From contig NC_045698.1 of the NCBI RefSeq assembly GCF_009834535.1, positions 8,124,001 to 8,188,000 on the forward strand: DNA of 64,000 nucleotides, in the 5' to 3' direction. The translations under genes and the position numbers were made by a program. Shown here one piece after another: positions 14,401 to 29,122 of this stretch. Positions within the stretch are counted from its first letter, which is position 1, and the number at the start of each line of letters is the position of its first letter. Below the pieces are notes generated by a model. It searched no databases and had not been told where the DNA came from. It saw nothing but the letters and a program-made list of their open reading frames with translations. This DNA is from Camelus ferus (lineage: Eukaryota).

Positions 14401-17400
14401 CAGGAGACTCATTTCAGAATCTTTATAGAAGTGATTTTATTAATATCTATTTAATCCATATTGTCTTTTAAAAGAAATGCCAGTTCGCGTAAGAACTCTT
14501 TATGAGTTCATACTACAATTGACTATAAAAACTGAACAGATTTTTTTAAAACTCAGTAATCTATAGAAGCAGATTTCCCCTTGCACATCCTCACTGCACC
14601 TCTTTCCTTGCTGAATGCTCTGATTTCAGGAGTATGTCCCCAGCCGACACGTTGGTATCACTAAGCAACGTGTCCAAGCAGCATGGCTGTGTGGGCAGGG
14701 AGCCTTCCCTTGGTGATGGCTGATGGCTTTGAACCAGTTCTTTTGTGGACTTTGAACTTCCTAAAAAGTCTGGCTTGATATCTGTTATCATTAAACTCCA
14801 GGGTGAAAAACGACCTCAGCAAAAAAGCACTTTCAGAAATACAAAAAAAAAATCACATAATTTTGGTTAATTTCATCATATCATAACTGTATGCTAAGTA
14901 AATTGCTGAGGGAGGCAAATATCCCACTGCAGATCTGGGAAATACTTGTGATAATAAGGATTTACTTGTTCTATTCTTGATTTTTGTTTTTGACTCAAAT
15001 CAAAATTCCAAAATCTAACTCCCTACTCCTATGCCAATTCACAAAATAATTTAGCATTTTATAGGACCCCAAACGATTTCCTGTGTATCTTGAGTCAAGT
15101 CCATGCACTAAATTCTACCTGTGAATGATCATTCACTCATTGACTTAGCTTGACATTGTATCTGATGTTATTATAAATGTTAAAATATACAAACACATTT
15201 CTTGTACTATAGGCTAAGAGCCATATTTCAGACTGTTATCTGGAAGGGAGATTATGAATTCAAATGCATTCAATGATAAAACTGCACTGAAGCCTCATAA
15301 TTTTAATGTAACAGGCCATCTAATGATATAAATGGTAAGTCTGCTTTGGAAAATGCCCTCCTGTTTCATCATCTCCATAAACCCTAGATTTTCACACATT
15401 ATGCTAACGTCATACAACTTTGCTGCTATCACAAAGAACTTGAATGCTCACAGGTCCCTGACAAGGTACAAAATGCTGAAGCATTCTCGATAAAGTTTCC
15501 AATACAACTTACTGTAATTATGAGGCCTCACCTCACCTTTCACCAAATGAACACTGTGATCTATCAGGACTCAAAGATTTCCCCGTGAGAATAATTTAAC
15601 ATGTTGATTGCCACATCACCAAATCTGGGTGACAGTTGTGTTTCCTCAGAGGCCGCATCACCCAGATATGGGTGAGGCTTTCCTTCCTCCAATTTTGCAG
15701 AATTTATTCTGAATTTATTCCATGCAGAAGAGTAACAAGAAGAAGTAAAATTGTAAAGAGGCTGAAAACTGCAAAGAAGAAAAAGGGATTTTCTTTTTAA
15801 AACAGTTCCAACTTGGAAAAACAAACAGATGAATGACGAGCACATACAGTTAGTGCGTCCTACTGCGGTCAGGTGTGAACTGGGGCCCTGTGGGAAACAC
15901 ACACGATCCGCAGCGGGTGACCAGCGTGTTGAGCAAAGTCAAGGCCAGGCTCCAGCAGCAAGTGTGCCCCTGAGACCTCATCCCTGTGGCAGCAGATTAC
16001 CCTGGGTCTGGCCTTTCCTCCCTAACCACCAGCACTTCTTCTCAGGCAGTTAGAAACACAGGCGTCTTTTGTTCAGTTCCTTTTGTGACAGGCAGGCACC
16101 TGGAAAGTGACAAGACATGGCTCGTGAAGTATGAGGAACGTGGCATCTGATATCTTTGCAATCTTAGGACGGACCATTTCCGTTTTTATTTTCAGTCCAG
16201 GGTCTCGGGGCTCTGCGTCCTCAGTGAGGTGGACGGTGTCCTGTGTCATCACAACTCCAATCTGGCTCCAAGTCTACTTGTCTAAGAAGGTCCTAGTTCT
16301 AGTGAAACACACAAGACGAACAGCGGTGGGCCAGCACCTGTCTGCTTGTGGTTTCTTACCTCGGGGTAGGTGGAGAGGAGCTGAGCAGGCTAGTTGTGTA
16401 TTTCAGTATTTCTCAAAACGCCATGTGCGTATGAGTCCCCTGACTAACATTTGGGTTCTGACTCAACAGGTTTGGGGGAGCGCCTGAGGTTCTAAATTTT
16501 TCTCAAGTTCTCGGCAATGCAGGTGTCGCTGGTCCACAGACCACCCTTGGAGAAGCCGGGACACACTGATTTAGTTACGGCTGCAACTTGGTTGCTAGCT
16601 GACTTCAACTGTGGCATCTTTGTGGGGCCCTGGAGGCAGGCACAGCGATGCCTTTTGTCCCCTCTGCCTTATTAAACAGACACAAGCGCCTCAATAAAGG
16701 CACAGGTCAAGGTCATAGTGAGACAGTGGCCGCGCTGACGGCACCTCAGCAGGTGCCGCTAACCCTGGTCCAGCACGCGGCAGTGCTGGCCACCACGTGT
16801 GAGCGTCGTCTGGGCTGCCACGGGCTGCCCCAGCCTAGGGGTCAGGTGTCAGCCTGCAGGCTGCTGCAGGAGTGACCGACCTTAGCTCTAGGTGGTCAGG
16901 CCCCACCAGACACCCAGGGGCACGCAAAGGCGTCTGTGAGCAGGCAAGCTGGGGCAAGAGTCCCTGCTGGGGACAACCACCAGAGCATCCTTCCAGCTAT
17001 AGGACCAACTTCTCAGGTACAGGTGGACAGGCATGCATCTGCTGCCATCACTGAGCTTCTCGGCTGATTCTGGGAAAACAAGTATCTGGGTTACCTGCGT
17101 TACGACAGGGCACCCCCATGTAAGGATTCAGCACGGTGCTTCTCAACCCCGGGAGAATGTACATGGTGCTCACCTGGACGAGTGGACTTTAAAACACCTG
17201 GACTGTTGTATACACTGCCGATGCTAGGGCCCACTCCAGACCACTGAGTCAGGACCTCAGGGGATGGGCCAGGGAACAGACGAGTCCAAACCACTCCCCA
17301 TGTGTCTCTAAGGAGGGACCTATCTCTGGATGGTTAGGGTCAGGCCTAGTAGACCCAGGGCCAGTGTGAGGCCCTGAGGCACGCAGGTCAGGGTTTGGTG

Positions 17401-20400
17401 CTCTGCAGGCCCCCTTGGGCTGGATAGTCAGAACACCCACAGAAGCATCCATTCTCAGATGTGGGGGGAGGGGGGTAACCTCCTCTTGGCGTGGGTGTAA
17501 TTTCTGAACTTTGCAGGAAGGCAGCGATACCTCTGAGACTAGGCAAAGTCGAAGATGGTTTTTGCCTTGGGGAAGGTGGTCGCTGCCCCAGGCGTGCCGG
17601 CCACCACGCTGCAATTAGTCTCTTTTTGGGACATTCCCCCAAGTTCACAGATTGCATGCATTTCCTGCGTTTCCACCCAGGATGGGCATTCTATTTAATG
17701 TCTGCTTCCAACCCAGGCTCCTATCCAGGAGCCGCTTTTGGCAGCAGCCTCCTGGGTGGTTGGACCAGGAGCTGGGTTCACTGTCACCTTCAACTGTCCT
17801 GGTTAACTACTGATGTCGCGGCGTCTAACAGCTGGGGCTTTATGAATGCGTCAGTCACCAGGGTTTTTAATGGCCAGCCCCATATCCACACAGGTACTCT
17901 TCTTTACCAATAAGTTAGATAAAATTGAGTGAGTGTCATTTTAGTTCTCCACAGCTGTTTCTCAGTACCCCATCCGTGCAACCCTTGAACAGAACATCTG
18001 GAGGCTGGCTTCCAGATCTAGTTGCTATGGATAATTATGAGTCTTTCCAGGAAGGGAATCCAGAACAACATGCTCCTGACCCACATTTTCTGTTATATCA
18101 AAAAGATGAACTTTGCAAGGGGCGGGAAGTCTTCACTGTGCTTTCCAAAGTGCTGGCTGCTGAGGGACAAAAGCTCAGTTTTCATTTTTGTGCATGTGGT
18201 TTTTGCCCATCAAAGGGCACAGATGAAATTCTCAACGTATACACAAGGAGAAGGGCTGTATCAGATAAAAGCAAGCAATTTTCTTCATAAATCGCTTTAA
18301 ATATTTTGAAAAAAAACATCTGAACCAGGATGCTTTTGCATCTCAGCATCTTGAACAGGTCTTTTACTCAGATTGTGCTTCACATATCATAGATAGCTGT
18401 GCAAACTTCTTTTCAAAAATTCAATCTTTAGCTGCAAAAACTCAGCCTTAAAATGTATTCTTGTATCTGTTTTCTAATGCTGTCCACGCTTCACCAGTAC
18501 CCACAGGACGGGCTTACTGATAATTCCAGAAGAAAAAGGCACCATAAACTTCTCAGCATAATTTATAGGACAAAGATGGCAAATAAACTGCTTCACAGAT
18601 TAGTCACTCTCTATATTTACCATTTATAACGTCTTTATAGCAACACTTGTTAAAAGCTTTATTATTTTACTCACCATAATCCTTGGCACATGAAAAAAGA
18701 GTTTGAAAAGAGAGGAAATATGCTGTGTAATACACAGTTCTGCAGACTAAAATTTTTCCTTGATTCTTTTCTGATTAAAAGCTTTCATATTTGTACGTGT
18801 GTGTTTTGGAATCCAGTTAGTCGCTGAATTATGTGTGCAGAATTATTAGAGGAATACCAGTATATTAAAGCAGTCATTCCCTAATAAATGCACGATTGAT
18901 GAGATCTATGTTCAGTTACAATTCTCCCGCCCAGTTTTTGTCTGTTGTCTTATCCAAAGAAGTTGCTACTAAACCACCAGTTGGCGTGGGACGGTAGTGA
19001 TGTTAGCGGTGCTTCTCTAGCACAGAAATCTGTATTGACTCTTCCAGTGCAAAACAAATACAATGTATTTGCTAGAAGGCTGTCAAGGGGAAGGGGTCTG
19101 TTTGTGGAAGTGTCAGCCCCAACAACCAGCTACTGACTGAGCCATGAAGAGGACTGTGGCCTGATCTGCCTCCAACTGGCTGAGCTCAAGACCTAAATGA
19201 ACACCTGTGTGCGTCTGTGCGTGTGTGTGTGTCTTATTCATTCTAGAGAAATGTATACAGACTTCCCTTTCCTACGTCAATTATTGAAACGCAGCTTGTG
19301 TCCTACGGGAGGTTTTGACTCCTTTAACAGGTTGCAGTCCATCCAAGGAGAGCTAAGGTTGAAGCCAGAAACACCAGGAAGCGCACGTATCATCTGAGGT
19401 CAGGATGGGCTCGCCCTCTTTAAGAAGGCACAGCACCTGTGGGCCCACGCACCGTCGGGGAAGCTGAACAGGAAAAATCAGTGCTACCAAGTCTGGGTGA
19501 AGACATTTATAAGCAAACAGAAATTGGAGGGGCTGCTCAAGTCCGCTCGGTCAACACCATGAACGGTTTTCCTCGGGTTCGTTTTGCTGCCCAGCCTCTG
19601 CCCGCGGGTCCCTGAACAGGCCCTCACTGCACGCAGACACCACAGAAGAGGCCTCGTCTGCCCTTCTGATCTCCGTCTGCAGGCTCACACACAGGGAGCT
19701 GCTGGCTCTCCAGGGGAGCCTGACATGCCACGGGCTGCTGTCCCGGGCCTCTGTGAGTCCTGCGACTGACACCTACTCCCACAGAACCGAGGAAGCCTCT
19801 TCCCAAAGCGTCGGGGAACTCCGAGGTTAGGGAACAGGCATCTGATCTACAGATTTTCCATACCCATTGAGCCAAGTTTTTCTGTCAGCTGTCAGTGATT
19901 TTTTAAGGTTTCACTCACTTGGAGGAGAACCTGGCATCTTGGTGTTCATGCTTCGCTCTGTGCTAAGGATGGTTTGCAGTTACCCACGGGACGGAACACT
20001 TCCACCGGCTGGCGACCTTTCTGACAGTTCGTTGAAAATACCTGCTGAATATCTACTAGATGAAGTGGGGTGAGGAGTTCAGAAATACGCAGGGGGCGCA
20101 GCTGCCCTCCGGGAGCCCTTCTGTCCACGTATTTAAATGCTCTGCCTCTTCTGATTGATTGCAGGAAAGTTCAGAACACTTTCTTCTTTGTATCAACGTC
20201 AGTGGTTTCGTAATACACAGCACAAAAAATACACACAGGTCCGTTTGGGAGTAGCTTTTAGAGACTTCAGGTATTTCACTTTAGTTATTCTACAGAAAAT
20301 GCAAAGTATTGCACAAATATAAAAATACATATATGCACATACATGGATATGTGTATGACATGTACATATACATAGGTGTGTGTAGTGATTTCTGCCATAT

Positions 20401-22069
20401 ATTTAGAATACATATAAGTAGAAACTATATTATTATATATATTTTCTGTGTAACATAGACTAAATATATGACAAATTTTTAAAAATTTCAAAATGCAGGA
20501 TAGTTAAATACAGTGGTAGGAGGGATTCTGATGTGGGCATGGTTGTGAATTAACTCCAGTATGAAAGATTTTAAGTTATTAATTATTTCAGGTTATTTGC
20601 ACATCTACTAAAACGGTTGGTCTTCCCATAATCTCTCCTGCTTGGGTAAAAAGAAAAATGTTTCAAAGCAGCATCATATTTATTAAGGCAGAGATGCTGG
20701 TGAACTAGAATCATTGAACTGAGGCTGACACTTAAAGTGAGGGGCCAGCACAGACGCCTGTTTGCCCAAATTAACCCACACCCATGACCTAAACTGCGTA
20801 AGCCCTGCGAAGAGACCCAGGAATACTTTACCATCGATGCGCCGCTGACACTAAGTTCAGAGGCACCGAGGCTGGGGAGGGGAGCTCACAGCACGGGGCA
20901 GACAGGAGCTAGGCAAGCCACGGTCCAGGAGACCAGCAAATGCAGGGCTGCGTGTGTCTCCCTCTCTCTTCCCACCCTGTCCTTTCCTTCTCTGATTCAA
21001 CATCGTACCTAAGAGCATTTTGCCAGGAGACGCCTCTTTCTAACAGCCATCTATGTGATCCATAGCATGGAAGAAAGAAGACAGATTCCCAGGATTCAGG
21101 GCCAGAGGAACATTTGGCTGCAATTACCTGCCCCGGTTCTCGAGGGAAAGGGGAATTGTCCTGGGAGTTGGCTCAACGCTGGGGCCCCTGAACGAGTCCC
21201 ATTTTAATCTGTTCCTCTTCAGATCTCTCGAACATTCACTTTACCTCCAACCTCTAACATCTTGTCTCAGGTATTCATTTACATACTTCCTGGGGTTCTA
21301 ATCCCAAGTGAAAAGAAGCTTGTAAGGTGTTCTAGTTAATTTATTCTTGAAAAAAAAAAATCTCATGGACCCTTATTAAAAAAAAAAAAAAAGTGGGGTA
21401 AAAATCCTTCCTCAGGGAACCATCACCAGGTCCCCAGTGCCTCCCGAATGTGGTCACACCTCCTGAGAGTCAGTTTAGGAGAGCAGACCTCAGACCATGA
21501 GCAGCCATGATCTCACGTGCATCCCCGGTGCCTGCCCTAAGCTGCACCTTATCCACCCCAGGACTCACGGCATCACTGGACACTTGTAAATAACTGACGT
21601 GTTACGCTCCCCTCCCTAGCCAGATGCCTCTTCTCCTCTGTGCACCTGTCCAGGTGCACTTTCTAAACCCAACCTCAGATGCTGTCTCCTTCAGGAACCC
21701 TTTTCTGATCCTCCTACCTGGACGTGCCTCTCCCTCCAGGGATGCCCCCAGCCTGGCCCTCTCTCTGCTCTGGGCATGACTAGCTACTTCTGAACCGATG
21801 TCACTTCTACCCTCTTCCAGGCAAGGCAGACCCCTGGAGTCATGACTCCCATCTTATTTATATGAGAATGTCCGGCAGAGCTGGGCTGACAAGATTCTCC
21901 CTAGTCACAGCAGTTACAATTTACTGGGCCCTTTTAACAAGCAGGCTTGCTAATAAGTAATTGATAGGCACGATCGCAGCTCCTATGGTCCTCATGATGA
22001 CTCTGTATGATGGCTGCGGGAGTGCTGTCCCCACTAGAGGATGTGCGAACGATCTCAGAGAAGCATGAT

Positions 22070-22388
22070 TTCACCTCAGGACCCTTGCACTGGCTGTTCC
22101 CTCTGCCTGATACATTCTTCCCCAGATATCCATCCACAGTGGCTCCCTGCTTCGGGTGTCTGCTCAGTGGAGACCTCATCGTGGAGAGCTCGGCCACGCT
22201 GCCCGATGACAGCCCTCCTTGCCTCACTCTTCTCACGGCTCTTCTCACCATCGAGAAACCGATCAGTAGCAGACCATTACCTCCAAGCGGACAGGGGCTG
22301 TGGCGTCCACTGTTCACAGGTGGGCGCCCAGCACCTAGAAGAGGGCCCAGCACAAAAGAGGTGCCCAGGAAAACACCTGCTGAACTGC
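22070..22388 (+). mobile_element. L2 LINE 3' fragment
   Basis: cacctcaggacccttgcactggctgttccctctgcctg...ccagcacctagaa... is a typical L2 3' end. Confidence 0.7.
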
Positions 22389-22779
22389 ACCCCACTACCC
22401 AAGGTCACACCGCTCGTAAGTAATGAAACCAAGACACGCACCACGTCTGTCCGGCCCCCCATCCATGCTGTTAACCACCGTCTCCTGTATCTGTCAAACT
22501 CAACTGCATGAACAATGATTTCTTCTCCGTCTGCAATTAAGTCCAATCCTCTTACTCATGTTTCTACTCGTTCTGTCCTTAAATATTAGAATTACTCAGG
22601 CTCCTTTGGAACTTCCCCAATGTTCCGTTGATGACGGTCAGCATTCTTGTGTGGAGCCCCACCTTCCCTTCTCGCTGGCCTGCTGCCCAGTTGCGCCCTC
22701 CTGCCCTCCCGCCCACAGGGACTTCACTGCCCCTCAGTCAGTATCCATTGTTTCCTGGGTACCATGTTTCCCTCTTGTT

Positions 22780-23600
22780 TGATGCCTTTATTCAGCTAGA
22801 GTACATCCTTCAATTGTAGTAACTTTCCAGGAAAGAGTGCGTAGGAGATAGATTTTTATGAGTACCTACAAGTCTGAAAATACCTGATACCTTCTTGTAG
22901 ATGGTGGATAATCTGGCTCCGTGTGGATTTCAGGCGGAAACTTATTTTCCCTCAGAACTTTGAGGGCATCACCTAATTGCTCCTCATCCTCTACTATTAC
23001 TACTGCAAGTCGGGTGGCATCTGTTTTATTCCTCCCAGAGGTTTTAGGGTCTTTTTACATTGGTGCTATGAAATTTCACGATGCAGAATATAAAATATTT
23101 TCTATTCCAAGCACAGGGTGCTTCCTAGGAAGACACAGGTCCCCCGGCTCTGAGAAATCATTCTGTACTGCTTCCTGGATAATTTGCTTCCCCCCATTTT
23201 CATCCTGGGACTGCAGTCATATGTCAGATCTCCTGGATTTGCCATTTATGGCTGCTTGCTGCTTTATTCTCATTTTCTGTCTCCTTCCCTTTATGTTCTG
23301 CCTTCCCAGTCATCTCTGTGCCTATTTCCCACTCATGCTACCACATTTTTAATGTGGGTAGTTATATTTCTACAGCCTAAAAAGATTTTCTTGTTCTTTG
23401 ATCCTTTCACCCATCAATCCAGCTCTTACTTAATAAATAGAAGATCTTAACTCCTTCTCAGTACTGAACCTAAAATTTTGGCTTGTTTCTTTTAATCTCC
23501 TTTTTTTCCCCTGTAAATCATCGGTTTCTACTGACAGCTCATGTTTTCTGGTTTTTTTTTTCTTGCCACTAATTCACACAAATGCCTCAGTAATTCTGGC
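22780..23600 (-). mobile_element. Old, diverged L1 (L1M-type) fragment
   Basis: T-rich stretch with gtctgaaaat...ttattttccctcagaactttga... resembling the antisense of an ancient L1 ORF1/inter-ORF region. Boundaries approximate. Confidence 0.5.
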
Positions 23601-26104
23601 TAATTTGAGAAAGAAACTCAGGGGCAGCTTCTTCTGCTACAATATAAATAGAAGTGTCTCCCACTGCGTGTCCCTGCGTTAGAACTTCTGATGAGGAGGG
23701 TGGGGCACATGGGCCGGTGGTCTTCCTTCAGGAGAGGCTGGGGGGCAGCTCTGAGCCCCCCTGCCAGCCCACCACCCAACATGCCTGTATGAAATGAACT
23801 TCACCTGGGCCTCGAGCAGCCATAACTGAAGTCTAACTTGCCCAGGTAGTAGTGTTCAGTTTCTTCAAAGCGCACTCCTGGTCTTCACCTTGGAGTGAGC
23901 ACTGGCCACCGGGTCGCCGTCTTGGAGGGAGGGAGAGGAGGCAGTAGGAGGGGGGAGCCAACTTAGGATTGTCTCGAGTGCTGACTTTCAATGAACCTCT
24001 CACTTCTCTTCCCACTCCCAGCTCAACTCTGATGGCTGAGCCTGTCCAAGCACTCACTGAAGACAGCCAGTCCACCTCCGCCAGGCTGGTGGAGCAAATT
24101 CTTGGGAGAAACGTCTGCATTTCCATTGCTTATCACTCCTACCTACTTTGCTTTCTAGAAAAATGTTAATATGGCTTGCTTATTGGTGACACCCACCCAC
24201 TGGCCTCTGTTTTCTTGTCTCATCTGTGGATTTATTTCCCATTTTAATTCTCAACTATCTTTTTCAGAAAGTTAAGTTTTGGAGGGCCTGAGACATAGGG
24301 GAGACAAATGAGTAAAGAGAGTATGTAATTTTTAACTGTTGTCCAGGATACACTGTTATTTTTCAAATTTACATGTTCCCAGTTAAATTATAGCATGACC
24401 AAAATCATATAAGTATCAATAATATGGGAAAGGCTTGCACATAAAGATGCCACTTTCCTACAAAAAGAATAAAAAAGACCTGTTTACCCCATTTTAACTA
24501 GCAAGGTCACCATGTAGCAGGGACAGAAGGGAAGATATTAATTTCTGTGAATCAATAAAAAAGAAAGACATCAGGAAAGCCTTTTAGGCCCCTACCATCC
24601 CAAACATTTAGTTCCAGATCCAGCTTCTAACTTACAGAAACTGAATTTTAAACCAACACTCTCCCTGCTGTCTGACATGGATGGACATCAATTGGACAGA
24701 AATCAGATACCAACATAAGAGTGATCAGAAGCTGCATGAAGAGATTTTAAAAGGGAGGTCTGATCGCCATTCTGTGAGTCCTGGGTCCTTAGGCAGATGG
24801 AGGCTGTCAAATGGGACCAAGGACAGACAAGGTTTACTAAAGAGATTTTAGACCCTGCCCTCCCTGGAGAGAAAGCATGGAGAGGGTGGGTTTCCATGAG
24901 ACCACTCAGGTGCGGGCACTTTGTGGATGGAAGCCGGAGAGAGTCAATGTGTGGGTTTCAGCCCACCCTCCGCAAGTGTGCTGGGGTGCAGGATGGCAGA
25001 GTGCACGGTGCAGGAGAGAGAGCTACTTCACATTCTGAGCAGGAGATGCCTGGGCTCAGAGAGCAAGAGCTTCACAGGAGGGGCTGGGGCTGCGGGCACG
25101 GCCAGCGGGGACGCAATGGGTGAAACGCTGGAGGGCTCTCCAGCGAGGCCTCATTCCAAAGAACCCCCGGACGTTCCGGTTGACAGTCAGCTGTAGCCAT
25201 TTTTGAAAGAAGATTAAAGTGTTGATTGGTATCACAGGCTGATCACATTCTAATTAGTAAATCTAAACTAGGTTTTGTTTTTGTTTTTTTTTTAAGTTAA
25301 GGGCGAGCCAGAAGGTTCATGTGACTTGTTCAAGTGTTCGTCCCCAGGCAGGGAAGAATCACCTTCAGGAAATGCAGTGTAAAGGTGCAGAAGCAGCCAG
25401 ATACCGCGTTGCATTCCGACCACATCCCAAGGGCTCCGTGATAAACAAACTCCCTCGCTCATTACCTGGGCAGACTTCACGTTTCCTTTGAGAACCTGAC
25501 AGCAGAGACTTGCAAAGCTTTTATCTAGGATTAGGCTTTTTTTCCCCTTTTCTTTCTTACAATAGGTCCACCTGGAAGTATTAACAAACCAGGGAAGGGA
25601 CCTGAGATCTCCAAATATGCGGAATGTGGGGTTGATAGTGTGTGATCCCCTCCAAATAATGAGTCTGATATCTGTCTGGCAGGGGAACAGGATGCACGCG
25701 ACTGGACCAAATTCCTCTCTGTGTTCGATCAATGTTGATTACAATCATTGATTAAGAATCTTCACTTAATTCATTTCATTTTTACCTAAAAGTAAGCTTC
25801 TGGTGTTTGACTTAACTTTAATACATATTTACAACTCAGATTTCTATTTTTAACAGGATTCATTTTGCTCTAAACCAGAAAATGAAAGGATTATGTTATC
25901 GTCTTTACAAAATTGAACAAAAATTGGTACTGGTGGTCGTATTCGGTTGGATGTTGACACATTTCTGAGATATTTTTGCTTCTTCAAAATCACTGGTCAT
26001 TTAAATAAGTTGAAAACTTACATTGTATTCCTGCATCCTTGGTGTTTTTCTTCAATACACAAAATATATCACCTCTATCCACATATCATGTATATTTAAA
26101 AGTA

Positions 26105-26320
26105 AAGAGATGCTGGATTCAAGGTGATCTAGGTTCAAATCACTTCCCTGTCATTTCCAGCCAAAGAAACCTTCAGTAAGGAACTTATCACTGATAAGCC
26201 TCAGTTTCCAAATCTGTAGAATGGGGGTAAAAATCTCCCAATTAAGTTGTTGGAAATGACAAGAGACATAGGTTGCCAACTATCTAGAAAATTGCCTGGC
26301 ATGTAGCAAATGTTTTATAT
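26105..26320 (+). mobile_element. MIR SINE
   Basis: ctaggttcaaatc...aagcctcagtttccaaatctgtagaatggggg...tgcctggcatgtag matches MIR. Confidence 0.7.
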
Positions 26321-27794
26321 TGCAATCTTTTTTTTTTACATAATTTTAGTCATCATGCATAAAGTGAGTATATTTCACTTTTAAATCAGAAAATAAAAAA
26401 TTAAGCAACCTGTCGGGAGAAAAACGTAAAAACAAGTTATGCCATTTATTTAAATTTCTTCTTCCTCTACCTTTTTTTTTTTTTTTTCTCTTCCTCTACC
26501 TTTTATAAGTGACCATTTTTAGACTGCCCCATTTCAAAACAAGTGGGGGAAAGTTTTGACACCTGGATCTGGGAGCGGGGAAGGACTCCTCCATTACCTT
26601 CCGAAATGTTTCCCTGTCAACTTTTTCTTTATAAATCCATCCTCCACACAAGTCCCAGAATGGAGTTTTTAACATCCCTACATGATCATGTCATCCCTCC
26701 TGTTGGAGGATGAAATTCCCAGCCCTCGCCTCTCCTCCCCTGCATCTTCCACTGTCCGGCACCACCCCGTTCTCGCCAGGAAATGCTGATCTGCTGGCAG
26801 TCTCCACCCCTTCCCATCCCCACTCCTCACCACACCCCTTCTCTATGCTTCGCCCCAGCTGTGCTTTCTCACCAGTTCTGTCTACACCGCATTTCTCGTT
26901 AGTTCCGTCTATACTGCTTAGGTTTGGAGTCCCTGCACCAAGGAAGCAAGCGTGGCACACATCTGACCCCTGCTGCGGGACGCTCCTCTAGTGTATTTCC
27001 TCGGTAACCAACTTCTGTTTCGCTCTAATGTTGGGTTTCAAACTGTCCACTCTTGTATCTGCTCCCAAACTAGCTCTCCTGAGGGCAAAGATCACCCCTC
27101 ACACATTTCTGTATGCCCAACACTGAAAACTGGTGTGTTTGGGGACGCAAAATTGCTGCTTTGTGTCTGAAGTTAGAACGAGCGACTTCTTTCTTGTACA
27201 TCCAGATTAGTACAGTTGGTATTATGTGAGTGAACTTTTATTGCACAGAAAATGTGCTCGTACTTTAAACACATTATCTTACTCACACCTGAAGTAACGA
27301 GAGCAGACAGACACTACTGAAAACCCCTCGATGAGGGAACAATTTCTAACAGGTGAGCCATGCCCATCACCTCAGGGACCTCCGACAAGGCAGAGCTGGG
27401 TTTCTGCTCAGCCACCACCGTATGCTGAGAAAAGAAATGGTTTTAAAAAAGAAGAAGAAGAAAGAAAAAGTTCTAAGAGATCTCCAGGCTCTGTTGCCAT
27501 AATATCTGAGAAATGACACTGTTCTAGGTTTAATCTGAATTATGTTTCCCCAGATAGGTGGAACTCAGAAAGCTCTGGCCAGACTTTATAAAGTTTGGCC
27601 ACTTAGAAGATCTGGAGCAGAATATGGATGTGTGCTCCTTAACAAGTGCCCACAAAGACTGATGACCTGAAATCCTCAGACGGAACTTCTAAATTCCTGT
27701 AAATGTTTTATAGCTAAAGAAGAAAAACTTCTGGAAAACAATACACGTGTTTTCAGTCTCTAGTTTTTCTCCTCTGCTCTCTCTTGGATGCCAT

Positions 27795-29122
27795 TCCCTC
27801 TTTTCAGTAGGATTTTACCACCACCCTTCACTGAAACTGCTCCTTCAAGGCCATCAGTGAGCACACACTGCTAACCCAAGGTCACAGAACAGTCTTCCTC
27901 TGTCTTGACTTGTTAATCGCATTGGACATAGTTGATTGATCTCCTACCTTGAGATACGCTCTTCTCTTGGCTTCTAAGAAATGACACTGACCTACACTTC
28001 TGACTTATCTCTTTCCTTTGCTGGTTCCTGCTCAACTTCTTAGGCCTTTACATTTGTGGGGGGCATGTGGGGTCAGTCCCTGGACCTCGCCTCTCTAGGC
28101 CTACTTCCTAGGGAACATTTCTAGACTCACAGTTTCAAATACCATCTACTTGCCGATGACTCCCTAATTTTTACCTCCAGCCTGGGCTTCTCCCTTGAAC
28201 TCCAACTTGTGTATCCAACTGTCTACTGCACCTGTGCATTCCGACAGATATCACATGTTAAAACCAAGATCTTAATATTTACCAGCAATGTCCCCAAACC
28301 CAACCAGATCCTTCTGCATCCTGCCCCATCTCAATCGATGGCAACTCCATTCTTCTGGTTGTTGAGTTGGTGGCATTATTGAGTCCTCTTTCTCTTACAA
28401 TCATCACTTATGAGAAAGCCAGGTCAGCTCTACCACACATACAGAATCAGAATTACACTACTTTTCATAACCTCCAGTGCTACCATCCTGGCCCAAGCCG
28501 TCCTTACCTCTTGCTTACATTACCGTAATTACCTCCCAACCTGTCCTCTCGCTTTCGCCCTTGATCCCCTACAGTGTATACTGGACACAGCAGCCAGTGA
28601 CCCTGTAATAAACTCAGATTGTGCCACTCCTCTGCTCAAATCCTCAGTAGCTCCTGTGGATAGGGTAGAGCCAGCACCCTCAAGTCTTAATCAAGACTTT
28701 TGAGGCCCTCTCTGGTCTCGCCTTCTGCCCCTACTTTGCTGGTCATTGACCTCGTTTCATTTCTCTGCTCTCTTGCTCTCTGATCCAGCCCTGCTAGTCT
28801 TCTTGCTGCTCTGCAAACGTATTAGACACCCTCCATTTACCAGCCTTTGAACTTGCTGTTCCTTGTGTTCAGAACGGCCTTCCCCTACATATTCAAATGG
28901 CCAGCCACCTCACTTCCATCATGATTGACTCAAAAGTCACCTTCTAATTAAAGCTTTCCCTGGCCTCTTGGCCAAAAACTCTTATGATTTTTCTGTCTTC
29001 TCCAGCTGAAATGAGGCCAGGGACTTTGGATCATATTGATCAATTATGTATCCTCAGGGTCTAAGTCAGTGCCAGTACATAAAAGGTGCTTGCTTAATAT
29101 ATAATTAAAGGAATTAATTAAT
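27795..29122 (+). mobile_element. L2 LINE remnant, about 1.3 kb, degenerate reverse-transcriptase region plus 3' end
   Basis: ttcactgaaactgctccttcaagg...tcttcctctgtcttgactt...ttggacatagttga corresponds to the decayed RT segment STETAL..LLDL..DTVD. aaataccatctacttgccgatgactccc corresponds to the YADD region. The element ends in an L2-type tail. Confidence 0.85.
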
